A stretch of DNA of 64,000 bases, from positions 53-64,052 of the forward strand of contig CAJLTZ010000001.1 of NCBI GenBank assembly GCA_905209725.1. The letters are read 5' to 3'. Source of the stretch: an uncultured Muribaculaceae bacterium (GTDB lineage Bacteria; Bacteroidota; Bacteroidia; Bacteroidales; Muribaculaceae). Under the pieces are notes generated by a model. That model had not been told where the DNA came from. It was given only the letters and a program-made list of their open reading frames with translations, and searched no databases. Positions within the stretch are counted from its first letter, which is position 1. Each line of letters starts with the position of its first letter. The position numbers and the translations under genes were made by a program. Of the stretch, positions 1-8,303 are shown one piece after another.

Positions 1-20
1 AAGTTCCTGGCGGTCCATAC

Positions 21-140
21 TTATCGATTTTGATTATAGTTTTGCCGTGCTTGTTGCTGATTCCCTTGAATTGAGGGACGGCGAAGACAACTGCGCATTG
101 CGAGCAGCAATATGGCAAGTGCCAGAAGTACTTTATTCAT
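21..140 (-). CDS. possible small secreted/lipoprotein-like peptide (39 aa, MNKVLLALAILLLAMRSCLRRPSIQGNQQQARQNYNQNR)
   Basis: ATG at ~138-140 and stop at ~21-23 on the minus strand. Hydrophobic signal-like N-terminus followed by Cys. No homology recognised, and it falls below the ORF-track length cutoff. Confidence 0.15.
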   Translation of the reverse strand: MNKVLLALAILLLAMRSCLRRPSIQGNQQQARQNYNQNR

Positions 141-256
141 CGCTTTAAGAGTTAGATGAGTTAGATGAGTTGATGATATAGATAGGATAGATGTCCTATA
201 TCTAATACGTTCAACAGACTAAAATGTGACAAAAAAAATTTTTTGGTTCGATCTCT

Positions 257-1615
257 TTATCGAGACACTATTTCCAGATAGAAGGGCAACATGTAGACTG
301 GGAGGAAAGTGACGATGCCCTCTTTGTGGAAATCTTTTGTGTAAACCACTATCGGGTCTTTTGATTTTGCCGAGTATTTGCGGACAAATTCATCAAGCGA
401 CTTATGAGTTTTATACCCCGACGATTTCACTTCAATCGGAGAAACCTTGCTTCCATTGGATATTAAAAAATCTACTTCATATAAGTGTCTGTTATCTGAG
501 GGAAAGGTGTAATAGAACAGTTTTCTCCCGCTACTCACAAGTATCTGTGCCACTGCGTTCTCATACACATATCCGAGGTTGGCGGATAATTTGTCTGAGA
601 GAAGTTTCTCGTAAATCTCATTATCAGCCACATCCTTGTCCCAAAACGCAAGTGTTACAAACAGACCAGTATCTCCGACATAGAGTTTAAAATAGTCTTT
701 ATCATAATCCAATGCAAGTCCATTCGCCGGATCTGCTGTATGATAGCACATATTTACTATCATTGAGGCTGCCAATTCTGAAATCAACGTGTCCTCTTTT
801 GTCTGATCAGTATCACCGATAACAGGATGGAGCATATAGCGCGACAGCTTTCGGTTGAGTTGAACTGGCACATCCTCGAAAATTCGGCTTAATCTTCCGC
901 TTTCATCAATCTTTTTAAGGTCGGCGAGATAAAGATTGATAATTGCACGTTTCACCTTATCAACCCTCAGAAGATCATTTGTCTCTAAATATTCAGATAC
1001 GACTTTCGGCATACCTCCTATCAGTAGATATAGGCGAAATTTGCGCATCAGGGTGCGGTGCGCACCATCCAATTGCATTCTGGCTTGAAGAGCTTGTCTC
1101 AACAGTCCTGGGGTGGCAGTATCTCCCAGAGCCCACAGAAATTCTTCAAAATCCATCGGGCACATCTTTATATGATCTTCTTCGCTTGGAATCAGTATAT
1201 CCTTGACATTTTTACTTATAGAGATGAGTGAGCCGGTCTCTATATAATCAAATCGGCCATCGGCCACAAGATGCTTTATTGCCTGGCGAGCTTTCGGACA
1301 GAATTGAATCTCGTCAAATATTATCAAAGATTTCCGAGGGATTAATGATACATTATACTCGAATTGAAGTTGCATGAAAAGGGAATCCAGATTTGAGATA
1401 TCCTCAAATAGCTGATGGATTTTAGGAGAGGCTTTTGAAAAATCAATTTCTATGAAGCTATCATACTCATTTTTCCCGAATTCCCTGGCTAAAGTAGACT
1501 TGCCCACACGGCGAGCGCCTTCAATCAGGATAGCTGTAGCGCCATTCTCCTCATTTTTCCATTGAAGCAATCTGTCATACAGTTTTCGTTTGAATATGTG
1601 CTTGATTTCCTCCAT
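257..1615 (-). CDS. AAA+ family ATP-binding protein (AAA_14 + DUF4143 architecture)
   Basis: Walker A motif GARRVGKST near the N-terminus. Walker B-like IIFDEIQ. Length and domain order are typical of the Bacteroidales DUF4143 ATPases. Confidence 0.8.
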   Translation of the reverse strand: MEEIKHIFKRKLYDRLLQWKNEENGATAILIEGARRVGKSTLAREFGKNEYDSFIEIDFSKASPKIHQLFEDISNLDSLFMQLQFEYNVSLIPRKSLIIFDEIQFCPKARQAIKHLVADGRFDYIETGSLISISKNVKDILIPSEEDHIKMCPMDFEEFLWALGDTATPGLLRQALQARMQLDGAHRTLMRKFRLYLLIGGMPKVVSEYLETNDLLRVDKVKRAIINLYLADLKKIDESGRLSRIFEDVPVQLNRKLSRYMLHPVIGDTDQTKEDTLISELAASMIVNMCYHTADPANGLALDYDKDYFKLYVGDTGLFVTLAFWDKDVADNEIYEKLLSDKLSANLGYVYENAVAQILVSSGRKLFYYTFPSDNRHLYEVDFLISNGSKVSPIEVKSSGYKTHKSLDEFVRKYSAKSKDPIVVYTKDFHKEGIVTFLPVYMLPFYLEIVSR

Positions 1616-1663
1616 AATTATAATCTAAGCAATAATATTGAGATAATACATTGAATCACTGCA

Positions 1664-1694
1664 CAAAAATAATAAAGAAATATTGACGCGCAAA
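1664..1694 (-). promoter_or_regulatory. Bacteroidetes sigma-A promoter for the DUF4143 ATPase: -7 TATTTTTG, -33 TTTG, 19 nt spacer
   Basis: Minus-strand read gives TTTG-N19-TATTTTTG about 50 nt upstream of the ATG at 1615. Matches the Bacteroides TTTG/TAnnTTTG consensus. Confidence 0.5.
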
Positions 1695-1775
1695 TTTTTT
1701 TACGCCCAAATATCCTCTGAGCGCAAAATTTTTTCGCCCAAAATATCCTCTGAGCGCAAAATTTATGGATGATTC
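1685..1775. repeat. tandem direct repeat (2.5 copies of a ~37 bp unit cgcccaaa(a)tatcctctgagcgcaaaattttt); each copy carries an AAAATTTTGCGC box
   Basis: Direct repeat read off the sequence at about 1690-1770. The proximal copy supplies the -33 TTTG of the adjacent promoter. Confidence 0.7.
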
Positions 1776-1807
1776 TTATCCCGATATGCCTGATTATGGG
1801 CGTTCAT

Positions 1808-2074
1808 CTATCTTGAATTCACGTCTTCTACAAAGGCACTGATGTCGAATTCTGTGGCTGATTCATTCCCTTTGATATAATAAGGCAGTAAGAAGTCGAG
1901 GAACCCCTCTTTTACTTCCTTATTGGGGTAATCAAGGATATACTGATTGAATCGCCCCACATAGCCCTTGATGGTCAGATAGCCTGCCTGATAAAAGACC
2001 GGAACGGGGTCGTCGGAACTGATTCCTGCCTGCTCGAGAGTCCGTCGCGATGGGTGTAGTCTCCGATATTGAGG
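1808..2074 (-). pseudogene. truncated remnant of an AAA-ATPase-like / PD-(D/E)XK (PDDEXK_9) family gene (88 codons, no start)
   Basis: The minus frame translates to ...LEQAGISSDDPVPVFYQAGYLTIKGYVGRFNQYILDYPNKEVKEGFLDFLLPYYIKGNESATEFDISAFVEDVNSR*. The YQxGYLTIK.Y ... FPNxEV ... FLxxLLPYY motifs are, as I remember them, characteristic of Bacteroides AAA-ATPase_like proteins. The frame is bounded upstream by an in-frame TGA and has no start codon. Confidence 0.4.
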
Positions 2075-2139
2075 TCAAGATGCAGCACAGGGTATGAATC
2101 CCAGTCATCTGTTAACCGGCCAAGATCCAGGTGTGGAGG

Positions 2140-3261
2140 CTATTTCTGCATCTCTACGGGGCGGGTCGGGGGGAGTTCTTCGCGGCGGCGGGATACGGCT
2201 TTCACCACATTGCCGGCCAATTCGGCGAAGGCGCGTGCCTCGGGACCTGCGTGCTCGGGATCATCCTCCAACTCTACGGCTACCGGTTTGCCGGCATCGG
2301 CACGTTCCATAATGTCGGCCACCAACGGTATCTGTGCCAGCAATTCCACGCCCAGTTTTTCTGCAAGACGCTTTCCACCCTCGCGGCCGAAGATGTAATA
2401 CCGCTCATCTGGATGGGGCGCCGGGGTGAACCAAGCCATATTCTCCACAATGCCCAATACCGGCACATTCACCTTGTCGTCGCGGAACATTGCCACACCC
2501 TTGCGGGCATCGGCCAATGCCACCTCCTGCGGAGTGGTGACAACAACTACCCCCGTGATGCCGAGCGTCTGCACAAGCGTCAGGTGGATATCGCTCGTGC
2601 CGGGAGGCATATCTATCAGGAAATAGTCAAGGTCGCCCCATAGGGCATCGCCAATCAACTGCTTCAAGGCATTGCTTGCCATTCCGCCGCGCCAGAGCAC
2701 CGGTTTCTCCTTGTCGACAAGAAACCCAATCGAGAGCATCTTCACCCCATATTTCTGCAAAGGCTCAATCCAGTCGCGCCCCTGCTCATTCACCATATAG
2801 AGCTGTTCATCCTCCACGCCAAACATCTTAGGCATAGAGGGCCCGAAAATGTCGGCATCGAGAAGGCCCACCTTATAACCGGCGGCTGCCAGCGCCACAG
2901 CAAGATTGGCGGAAACTGTAGACTTGCCGACGCCACCCTTTCCACTGCTGATGCCGATGATGTTTTTCACGCCCGGCAGCAGGTCGGGTTTCTCGGCAAT
3001 CGGTTTGCGGTATTTCACTGCAATGTTGCCGTCAATCTCCACATCGGGAGAGATATTGGTCTTGATAGCGGTCTCGGCCGACTTTACCACGCTGCGGATG
3101 AAGGGGTCGGTGGGACGGTCGAAAATCAGCGAGAAGGAGACCTTCATGCCATCAATGCGGATGTCATCTTCGACCATACAGAGGCTCACGATATCTTTCC
3201 CGTTGCCCGGATAGCGCACATGCTTCAGTGCGTCAAGAATAAGATTCGGATATAGAGTCAT
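2140..3261 (-). CDS. apbC: Mrp/NBP35 (ApbC) family iron-sulfur cluster carrier ATPase
   Basis: GKGGVGKSTVSANLA deviant Walker A motif, CxxC region and DUF59-like N-terminus. Start placed at the internal Met (MTLYPNLILDALKHV), because the ORF-track N-terminal extension overlaps trmB. Confidence 0.9.
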   Translation of the reverse strand: MTLYPNLILDALKHVRYPGNGKDIVSLCMVEDDIRIDGMKVSFSLIFDRPTDPFIRSVVKSAETAIKTNISPDVEIDGNIAVKYRKPIAEKPDLLPGVKNIIGISSGKGGVGKSTVSANLAVALAAAGYKVGLLDADIFGPSMPKMFGVEDEQLYMVNEQGRDWIEPLQKYGVKMLSIGFLVDKEKPVLWRGGMASNALKQLIGDALWGDLDYFLIDMPPGTSDIHLTLVQTLGITGVVVVTTPQEVALADARKGVAMFRDDKVNVPVLGIVENMAWFTPAPHPDERYYIFGREGGKRLAEKLGVELLAQIPLVADIMERADAGKPVAVELEDDPEHAGPEARAFAELAGNVVKAVSRRREELPPTRPVEMQK

Positions 3262-3304
3262 ATTAATTTTGAATTTTGAATTTATGAATTTGCGGCGGAC
3301 AGCC

Positions 3305-4063
3305 TCACCGGCCCTCATTAAGGGTGATGGTCGGCCGGGGGATTGCGCGGTAGTCATCCTTTTCGATGTCATCCTCGCGTGGTTCTGTGAGTTCTCCCTC
3401 GGCTGGAAGCCGGAAACTGATAAGTTTGATCTTCTTTCCACGCGACAGCCACTGCTGCTCATAATATGTCTTGATGGCACTCACAGGGTCGGCCATTCCG
3501 CTGCCATAAAGGTCATCCGTAGCGCGGATCACCTCAAATCCATTCAGTTCCACCAGCCGGCGAGTATACTCATAAAGGAAAGGAGAGTCCGTCTTGAGAT
3601 TGATCACCCCGTCAGGACGAAGGATACGGCGGTAAAGGTTGAGGAAACGTGTGGATGTAAGACGCTTGCGAGACTTCTTCATCTGCGGGTCGGGAAACGT
3701 GATCCAGATTTCATCCACCTCCGCCGGTGCAAAGAAATGGTCGATATTCTCGATCTCACAACGCAGGAATGCTGCATTCGGAATCTGTTCCTGTTCCACA
3801 GTCTTTGCGCCGGTCCACATTCTGGCACCCTTGATGTCTATACCCACGAAATTGCGCTCCTTTTCGCTGCGTGCCAGCGCCACGGTATATTCGCCGCGCC
3901 CGCAACCCAGTTCGAGCACCATAGGCAGTCCTCCGGGAAGCACCTCGGAATTCCATTTACCCACATAGGGGAATCCCTCTGCGAGCAATTTCTCGCGTGG
4001 ATACTGGAGCACACAACTGAAACTCTCCATATCCGCAAACTTCTTCAGTTTATTCTTTCCCAT
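3305..4063 (-). CDS. trmB: tRNA (guanine46-N7)-methyltransferase
   Basis: LELGCGRGEYTVALA SAM-binding motif and TrmB-like length (252 aa). Confidence 0.9.
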   Translation of the reverse strand: MGKNKLKKFADMESFSCVLQYPREKLLAEGFPYVGKWNSEVLPGGLPMVLELGCGRGEYTVALARSEKERNFVGIDIKGARMWTGAKTVEQEQIPNAAFLRCEIENIDHFFAPAEVDEIWITFPDPQMKKSRKRLTSTRFLNLYRRILRPDGVINLKTDSPFLYEYTRRLVELNGFEVIRATDDLYGSGMADPVSAIKTYYEQQWLSRGKKIKLISFRLPAEGELTEPREDDIEKDDYRAIPRPTITLNEGR

Positions 4064-4066
4064 AGT

Positions 4067-5278
4067 TTATCTGTTGAAGGGTGTTTTGCATTGGTAGGTA
4101 TAATTCTTATAACCGGTGCGGCGCATTGACATGCGGAAGAAGAAATTTGCAATCGGCCGCACAAGCATAAATGGAGCCACAGCCCACCAAAGCCTTACAG
4201 CCTCAAGCTTTTTAGCCGTGGCGCGATAAGTGGCAATCTCGCATCCCCAGAAAATGAGCAGGATTACGGCTCCTGCAATCGCAGGCACCAGTGACGGCAG
4301 TCCCAGCAATCCTCCGGCCACAGCAAGCAGCAGCACAATCCATTGCGAAGCCGAAACAAAACCGGCTCTTCGGAACGGACCTTTCGGAAGCCAGCGCTGG
4401 GTAAACGCATAGCGTTCCTTGCGCAGGCTCTGGAGATGATGAGCCTCCCTTCCCCAGCTGATGGTGAGGATTGTGGTGGAATCCACCACAACGCGTGTAT
4501 TGTCGCCTCGGCATATCTCATTAAGGAAGATATCATCCTCGCCATTATTGAGGTGGATGGTGCGCGCATAGCCTTTGTGGTCAAAGAAGAGTTTGCGGCG
4601 GAAAGCAAGATTGTTTCCATCGCCGCGATATGGCATCCCGGCGACAGCATAACCTATCCACTGGCTGTCGGTCATCACGCCGTCAAACTGTCCATACCAT
4701 TTCCATGCGCCATGCAGATCTCTGAAATTCAGTCTGGAATATCCGAGCACCACATCCACGCCCTGCTCCCTGTATGGCTCCATCATATGGCTCAGCCAGT
4801 GGTTGTCGGGGATTGACGCACGCACCGAAGTGGTGAGCACGACATCCTTCTTGGCGGCTTTCATGCCGATGGTCAGGGCCAGTTTGTGGCGGCTAAGACC
4901 TTTTGCTCCCGAGAGCATAAAGGTGACATGAAGCCAGGGATACTGCACCTCATAATTAGAGGCCCATTCCATAATTTCGCGTGAATGCGTTTCGAGCACC
5001 ACAATCACTTCAAAGTCGGGATAATCCTGAAAGTCCATCTGCTGCAGGAATGCTTCGAGCGAATCACGGTCCTCAGATCCGTGCACAATCACGGATACAC
5101 CGGGAAGAGCGGCTTCGCCATTCTCCTCCGCCGTTTCCTGCTCATCACCCGCATCATGCTGAGGGAGGGCGGCCGCAAGCCGCTGAGGCCTGAGACCGCG
5201 CCATATGCACCAGGCTGTCACCAATAAGGCCACGCCCGGCAATATCCATATCAAGGGGTTAAAATCTATGCTGAACAT
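4067..5278 (-). CDS. family 2 glycosyltransferase with C-terminal transmembrane segments
   Basis: GT2 fold hallmarks (VSVIVHGSEDRD..., DxD-like region) and hydrophobic C-terminal helices. Only 3 bp from trmB, so an operon is likely. Confidence 0.75.
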   Translation of the reverse strand: MFSIDFNPLIWILPGVALLVTAWCIWRGLRPQRLAAALPQHDAGDEQETAEENGEAALPGVSVIVHGSEDRDSLEAFLQQMDFQDYPDFEVIVVLETHSREIMEWASNYEVQYPWLHVTFMLSGAKGLSRHKLALTIGMKAAKKDVVLTTSVRASIPDNHWLSHMMEPYREQGVDVVLGYSRLNFRDLHGAWKWYGQFDGVMTDSQWIGYAVAGMPYRGDGNNLAFRRKLFFDHKGYARTIHLNNGEDDIFLNEICRGDNTRVVVDSTTILTISWGREAHHLQSLRKERYAFTQRWLPKGPFRRAGFVSASQWIVLLLAVAGGLLGLPSLVPAIAGAVILLIFWGCEIATYRATAKKLEAVRLWWAVAPFMLVRPIANFFFRMSMRRTGYKNYTYQCKTPFNR

Positions 5279-5299
5279 TTTTTTTGATTCAAATTATCT

Positions 5300-5307
5300 G
5301 CAAATTT
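5300..5307 (-). promoter_or_regulatory. -7 box TAAATTTG (Bacteroidetes sigma-A) for the GT2-trmB-apbC operon
   Basis: Plus-strand caaattta is TAAATTTG on the minus strand, about 22 nt upstream of the GT2 ATG, giving a very short leader. No clear -33 TTTG. Confidence 0.4.
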
Positions 5308-5401
5308 AATCAATTTTGCCGATTCTTACGTTCCATAATAAGGAAGAATGTAATGTCGCACATCGAAAATCCATGTCGGCATCCACATTCCCTATCTAAA
5401 T

Positions 5402-6931
5402 ATGGATTTCACCAAACTCGCACGCCCTTATTTCTCAATGCTTTGCAAGCGAAGCGACCGCTGGGCTGCCTCTCCCGCCGAGGCTCAGCAGGCTCAATTG
5501 CGCTCGCTCCTGAAGCGTGGGGCCGGATCCGAGGTCGGCCGCCATTTCGCATTCTCGGAAATTGCCGCAATGGAGTCACCATACGCTGCCTTCGCAAGAA
5601 GAGTGGTGCCGGTGGAATATGAAGATATCCGGGAGGACGTGATGCGCATGGTAAATGGCGAGGCCGATGTGCTTTGGCCCGGCCGATGCATGGATTTCGC
5701 GCAGTCGTCGGGCACATCGGGTGGTCGCTCCAAATATGTGCCTATCACCCGCGACAGCCTTCAACGTTGCCATTATGCCGGCGCATCGTATGTCGTGGCA
5801 AATTATCTGCGTTGTGTGCCCGATTCGCGACTCTTCTCTGGGAAAGCATTCATACTCGGCGGTTCATTTGCCAGCGAATTGCATCCCGACAATCCGAGCG
5901 TCAGAATCGGCGACCTCTCCGCCTCCCTTATCCGAAACATCAATCCGCTTGCCGGACTCTTCCGCATCCCTTCGGCATCGGTGGCCCTGATGCCTGATTG
6001 GGAGAGCAAGCTGCCGGCCCTTGTAAAGGCTGCTTCTCATGCCAATGTCACCAACCTCTCCGGCGTGCCTTCATGGTTTCTTACCGTCATCAAGGGCGTG
6101 ATGAAAGAGCGCGGGGTGGAAAAGATTTCCGATGCCTGGCCTAATCTTGAGGTGTTCTTCCATGGAGGTATCTCCTTCGAGCCCTACCGTCAGATTTACA
6201 GTGACATCACCGACCCCACCCGGATGCACTTTATGGAGACATACAATGCATCCGAGGGATTCTTCGCCGCGCAGGACCGTCTTGAGAGCAGCGAGATGCT
6301 GCTGATTCTCGACAATGACGTGTTTTACGAATTTGTCGACATCTCTGAGCCGGGTTCCGATCCGCGCCCCATCTGGGAGATTGAGCCCGGGAAAGTGTAT
6401 GAATTGCTGATCACATCGAGCAATGGGCTCTGGCGCTACCGCATTGGGGACACGGTAAGGGTAGAGAGCATTTCGCCGGTAAGAATCAGGATAGCAGGAC
6501 GTACGAAAGCCTTTATCAATGCATTCGGCGAGGAACTGATGGAGGAGAATGCCGAGCGGGGGATTGCCGAAGCCTCGGAGTCCACGGGAGGCATCGTGCG
6601 CCACTACACGGCGGCTCCCGTATACGCCGACGGCGCCCACCGGGGACGCCATCAATGGATTATAGAATGGGAACGTGAGCCCTCAGATATCGCGGCATTC
6701 GCCCGCGTGCTCGACGCTTCGCTGCGCAAGGTGAATTCCGACTACGATGCCAAGCGCACCCATACGATTTTCCTCGACCCGCCGGAGGTGATCACAGTCC
6801 CGTCAGGCGCATTCGAGCGCTGGCTTCATAGCGTTGGTTCCGGCCGGCTTGGCGGACAGCGGAAAGTGCCGCGCCTTCGCAACGACCGCAGCATCGCCGA
6901 TGCCGTGCTTACATTAATTTCACAACGCTGA
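5402..6931 (+). CDS. GH3 family (auxin-responsive promoter-like) acyl-acid amido synthetase
   Basis: N-terminus (FTKLARPYFSMLCKRSDRW...AQQAQLRSLLKR) and overall 509 aa layout match Bacteroidetes GH3 proteins. Confidence 0.85.
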   Translation: MDFTKLARPYFSMLCKRSDRWAASPAEAQQAQLRSLLKRGAGSEVGRHFAFSEIAAMESPYAAFARRVVPVEYEDIREDVMRMVNGEADVLWPGRCMDFAQSSGTSGGRSKYVPITRDSLQRCHYAGASYVVANYLRCVPDSRLFSGKAFILGGSFASELHPDNPSVRIGDLSASLIRNINPLAGLFRIPSASVALMPDWESKLPALVKAASHANVTNLSGVPSWFLTVIKGVMKERGVEKISDAWPNLEVFFHGGISFEPYRQIYSDITDPTRMHFMETYNASEGFFAAQDRLESSEMLLILDNDVFYEFVDISEPGSDPRPIWEIEPGKVYELLITSSNGLWRYRIGDTVRVESISPVRIRIAGRTKAFINAFGEELMEENAERGIAEASESTGGIVRHYTAAPVYADGAHRGRHQWIIEWEREPSDIAAFARVLDASLRKVNSDYDAKRTHTIFLDPPEVITVPSGAFERWLHSVGSGRLGGQRKVPRLRNDRSIADAVLTLISQR

Positions 6932-8273
6932 CTGTGGTGCCCACCACTGCGCGTACCATTGCTATTTCATCTGCAGCCACTCCGGGGATTGCAATGCTTT
7001 CGCCTGCATTGCGGCGCTCGTAAAGTCTTGCTCCGGAGATTGAGAATACTTCCACAAGTTCCATCGGAGCATTGGCTTTCACTATAATCGCGTCGCCATC
7101 GCGCCAGGCGCGGAGACTTGCGTTTTCAGTTATGGCGGAGTCAATGTATGACACAATGTCAAGATTAAACCGGCTCCATACAGGATGCTGTTTCCAGGCA
7201 TTCTCTGTGCCCTTAAGCACACGCAGGGCGATATCATAATTCCCGTCAGCATTTTCAAGACCGGAAAAAGCATCTGTGTCAATTTCAGGTACGTTTTCTT
7301 CCAGTTCTGAAACATTCACATTGGATATGCCTGTATCGTTGCGGAAAGCGTGAGCCTTGATATTGGTCACGCCCGGCATAAGGTTCACTTGTGTGATCTG
7401 AGGATTGTTGGCATAAGCAGCCTCGCCTACTTCACGGGCATATACCGTGATGGTGCCTCTGGCCCCTGTATGCGCCATCACAAGCGCAGGAATATCGGCA
7501 GGCAGTGCGGGAATCGCCGCCAATACAGGATTGGCGAAAAAGACGCCTTTCCCCAGTTTCGGTGAATTTTCTACGGCATAGATTATGCCTGTGAGGCGTG
7601 GCATCTCTGCAAATGCGAAGTCTCCGATGCTTTTGATGTGGCGAAGGTCCACCATGCGGAGTCCTGAACGTCGGAAGGCAGTTGCACCGATTGTTTCGAT
7701 AGATTCGGGAAGCGTCATATCGAGCGATGTGCACCCCTCGAATGTCTTGTCGGGGATCTGACTTGTGTTAGCGCCGAAAGTGACGCTTGTCAGAGCCTCG
7801 TCACCGCTGAAGATTGCCTTGCCTAATTCTGGCGATGAGGCGAATGTGAAATTGGTCAGCGCCGGACAGCCGGAAAACGCATAGTCGCCGACTTTTTCGA
7901 TAGCGGCCGGAAGCACCATCTCCTCAATCATGGTGGCGGCAAACGCGTGGTCGCCGATGGATGTGGTAGCAGGATTCAGCTTCACCGTCCTCACATTGGT
8001 GCCAAAAAGCATATTGGCGGGAATCTGATTGGAGGGAAGGGTCAGGGATGAGATGTCCACAGAGGTCACCTCGCCGGAAAGCGAGCGCAGTGTGGCAAGG
8101 TCGGCCGCTGATGCCGCCCCCTCGAGAATCAGTTCGCCATCGGCGATAGCGGCCACCGCATCGGGGTCGGCAGCCAAAGAGCCGGGCGACACCTGAATCC
8201 GGGCCGCCCACGAGCCGGCTGCCGCCATAAGCGACACCGCTATTACTATAATGCTTCTTTTTATCGAGATCAT
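6909..8273 (-). CDS. BspA-type leucine-rich-repeat surface protein with T9SS C-terminal sorting domain
   Basis: Signal peptide, then repeated LRR_5-like units (IGDHAFA...VGDYAFSGC...IGATAFRRS...IGDFAFAEM). The C-terminus (EVFSISGARLYERRNAGESIAIPGVAADEIAMVRAVVGTTVSVVKLM) fits the Por_Secre_tail pattern. Confidence 0.75.
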   Translation of the reverse strand: MISIKRSIIVIAVSLMAAAGSWAARIQVSPGSLAADPDAVAAIADGELILEGAASAADLATLRSLSGEVTSVDISSLTLPSNQIPANMLFGTNVRTVKLNPATTSIGDHAFAATMIEEMVLPAAIEKVGDYAFSGCPALTNFTFASSPELGKAIFSGDEALTSVTFGANTSQIPDKTFEGCTSLDMTLPESIETIGATAFRRSGLRMVDLRHIKSIGDFAFAEMPRLTGIIYAVENSPKLGKGVFFANPVLAAIPALPADIPALVMAHTGARGTITVYAREVGEAAYANNPQITQVNLMPGVTNIKAHAFRNDTGISNVNVSELEENVPEIDTDAFSGLENADGNYDIALRVLKGTENAWKQHPVWSRFNLDIVSYIDSAITENASLRAWRDGDAIIVKANAPMELVEVFSISGARLYERRNAGESIAIPGVAADEIAMVRAVVGTTVSVVKLM

Positions 8274-8303
8274 ATGATGAAATTGTCTAATCTTTACTAA
8301 GAA

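Noticed and set aside
1685-1775. Possible CRISPR array (tandem repeats). Also the 2x20 bp repeat at 43892-43931.
   Set aside because: Only two to three directly adjacent copies with no spacers and no cas genes. They behave as simple tandem duplications.
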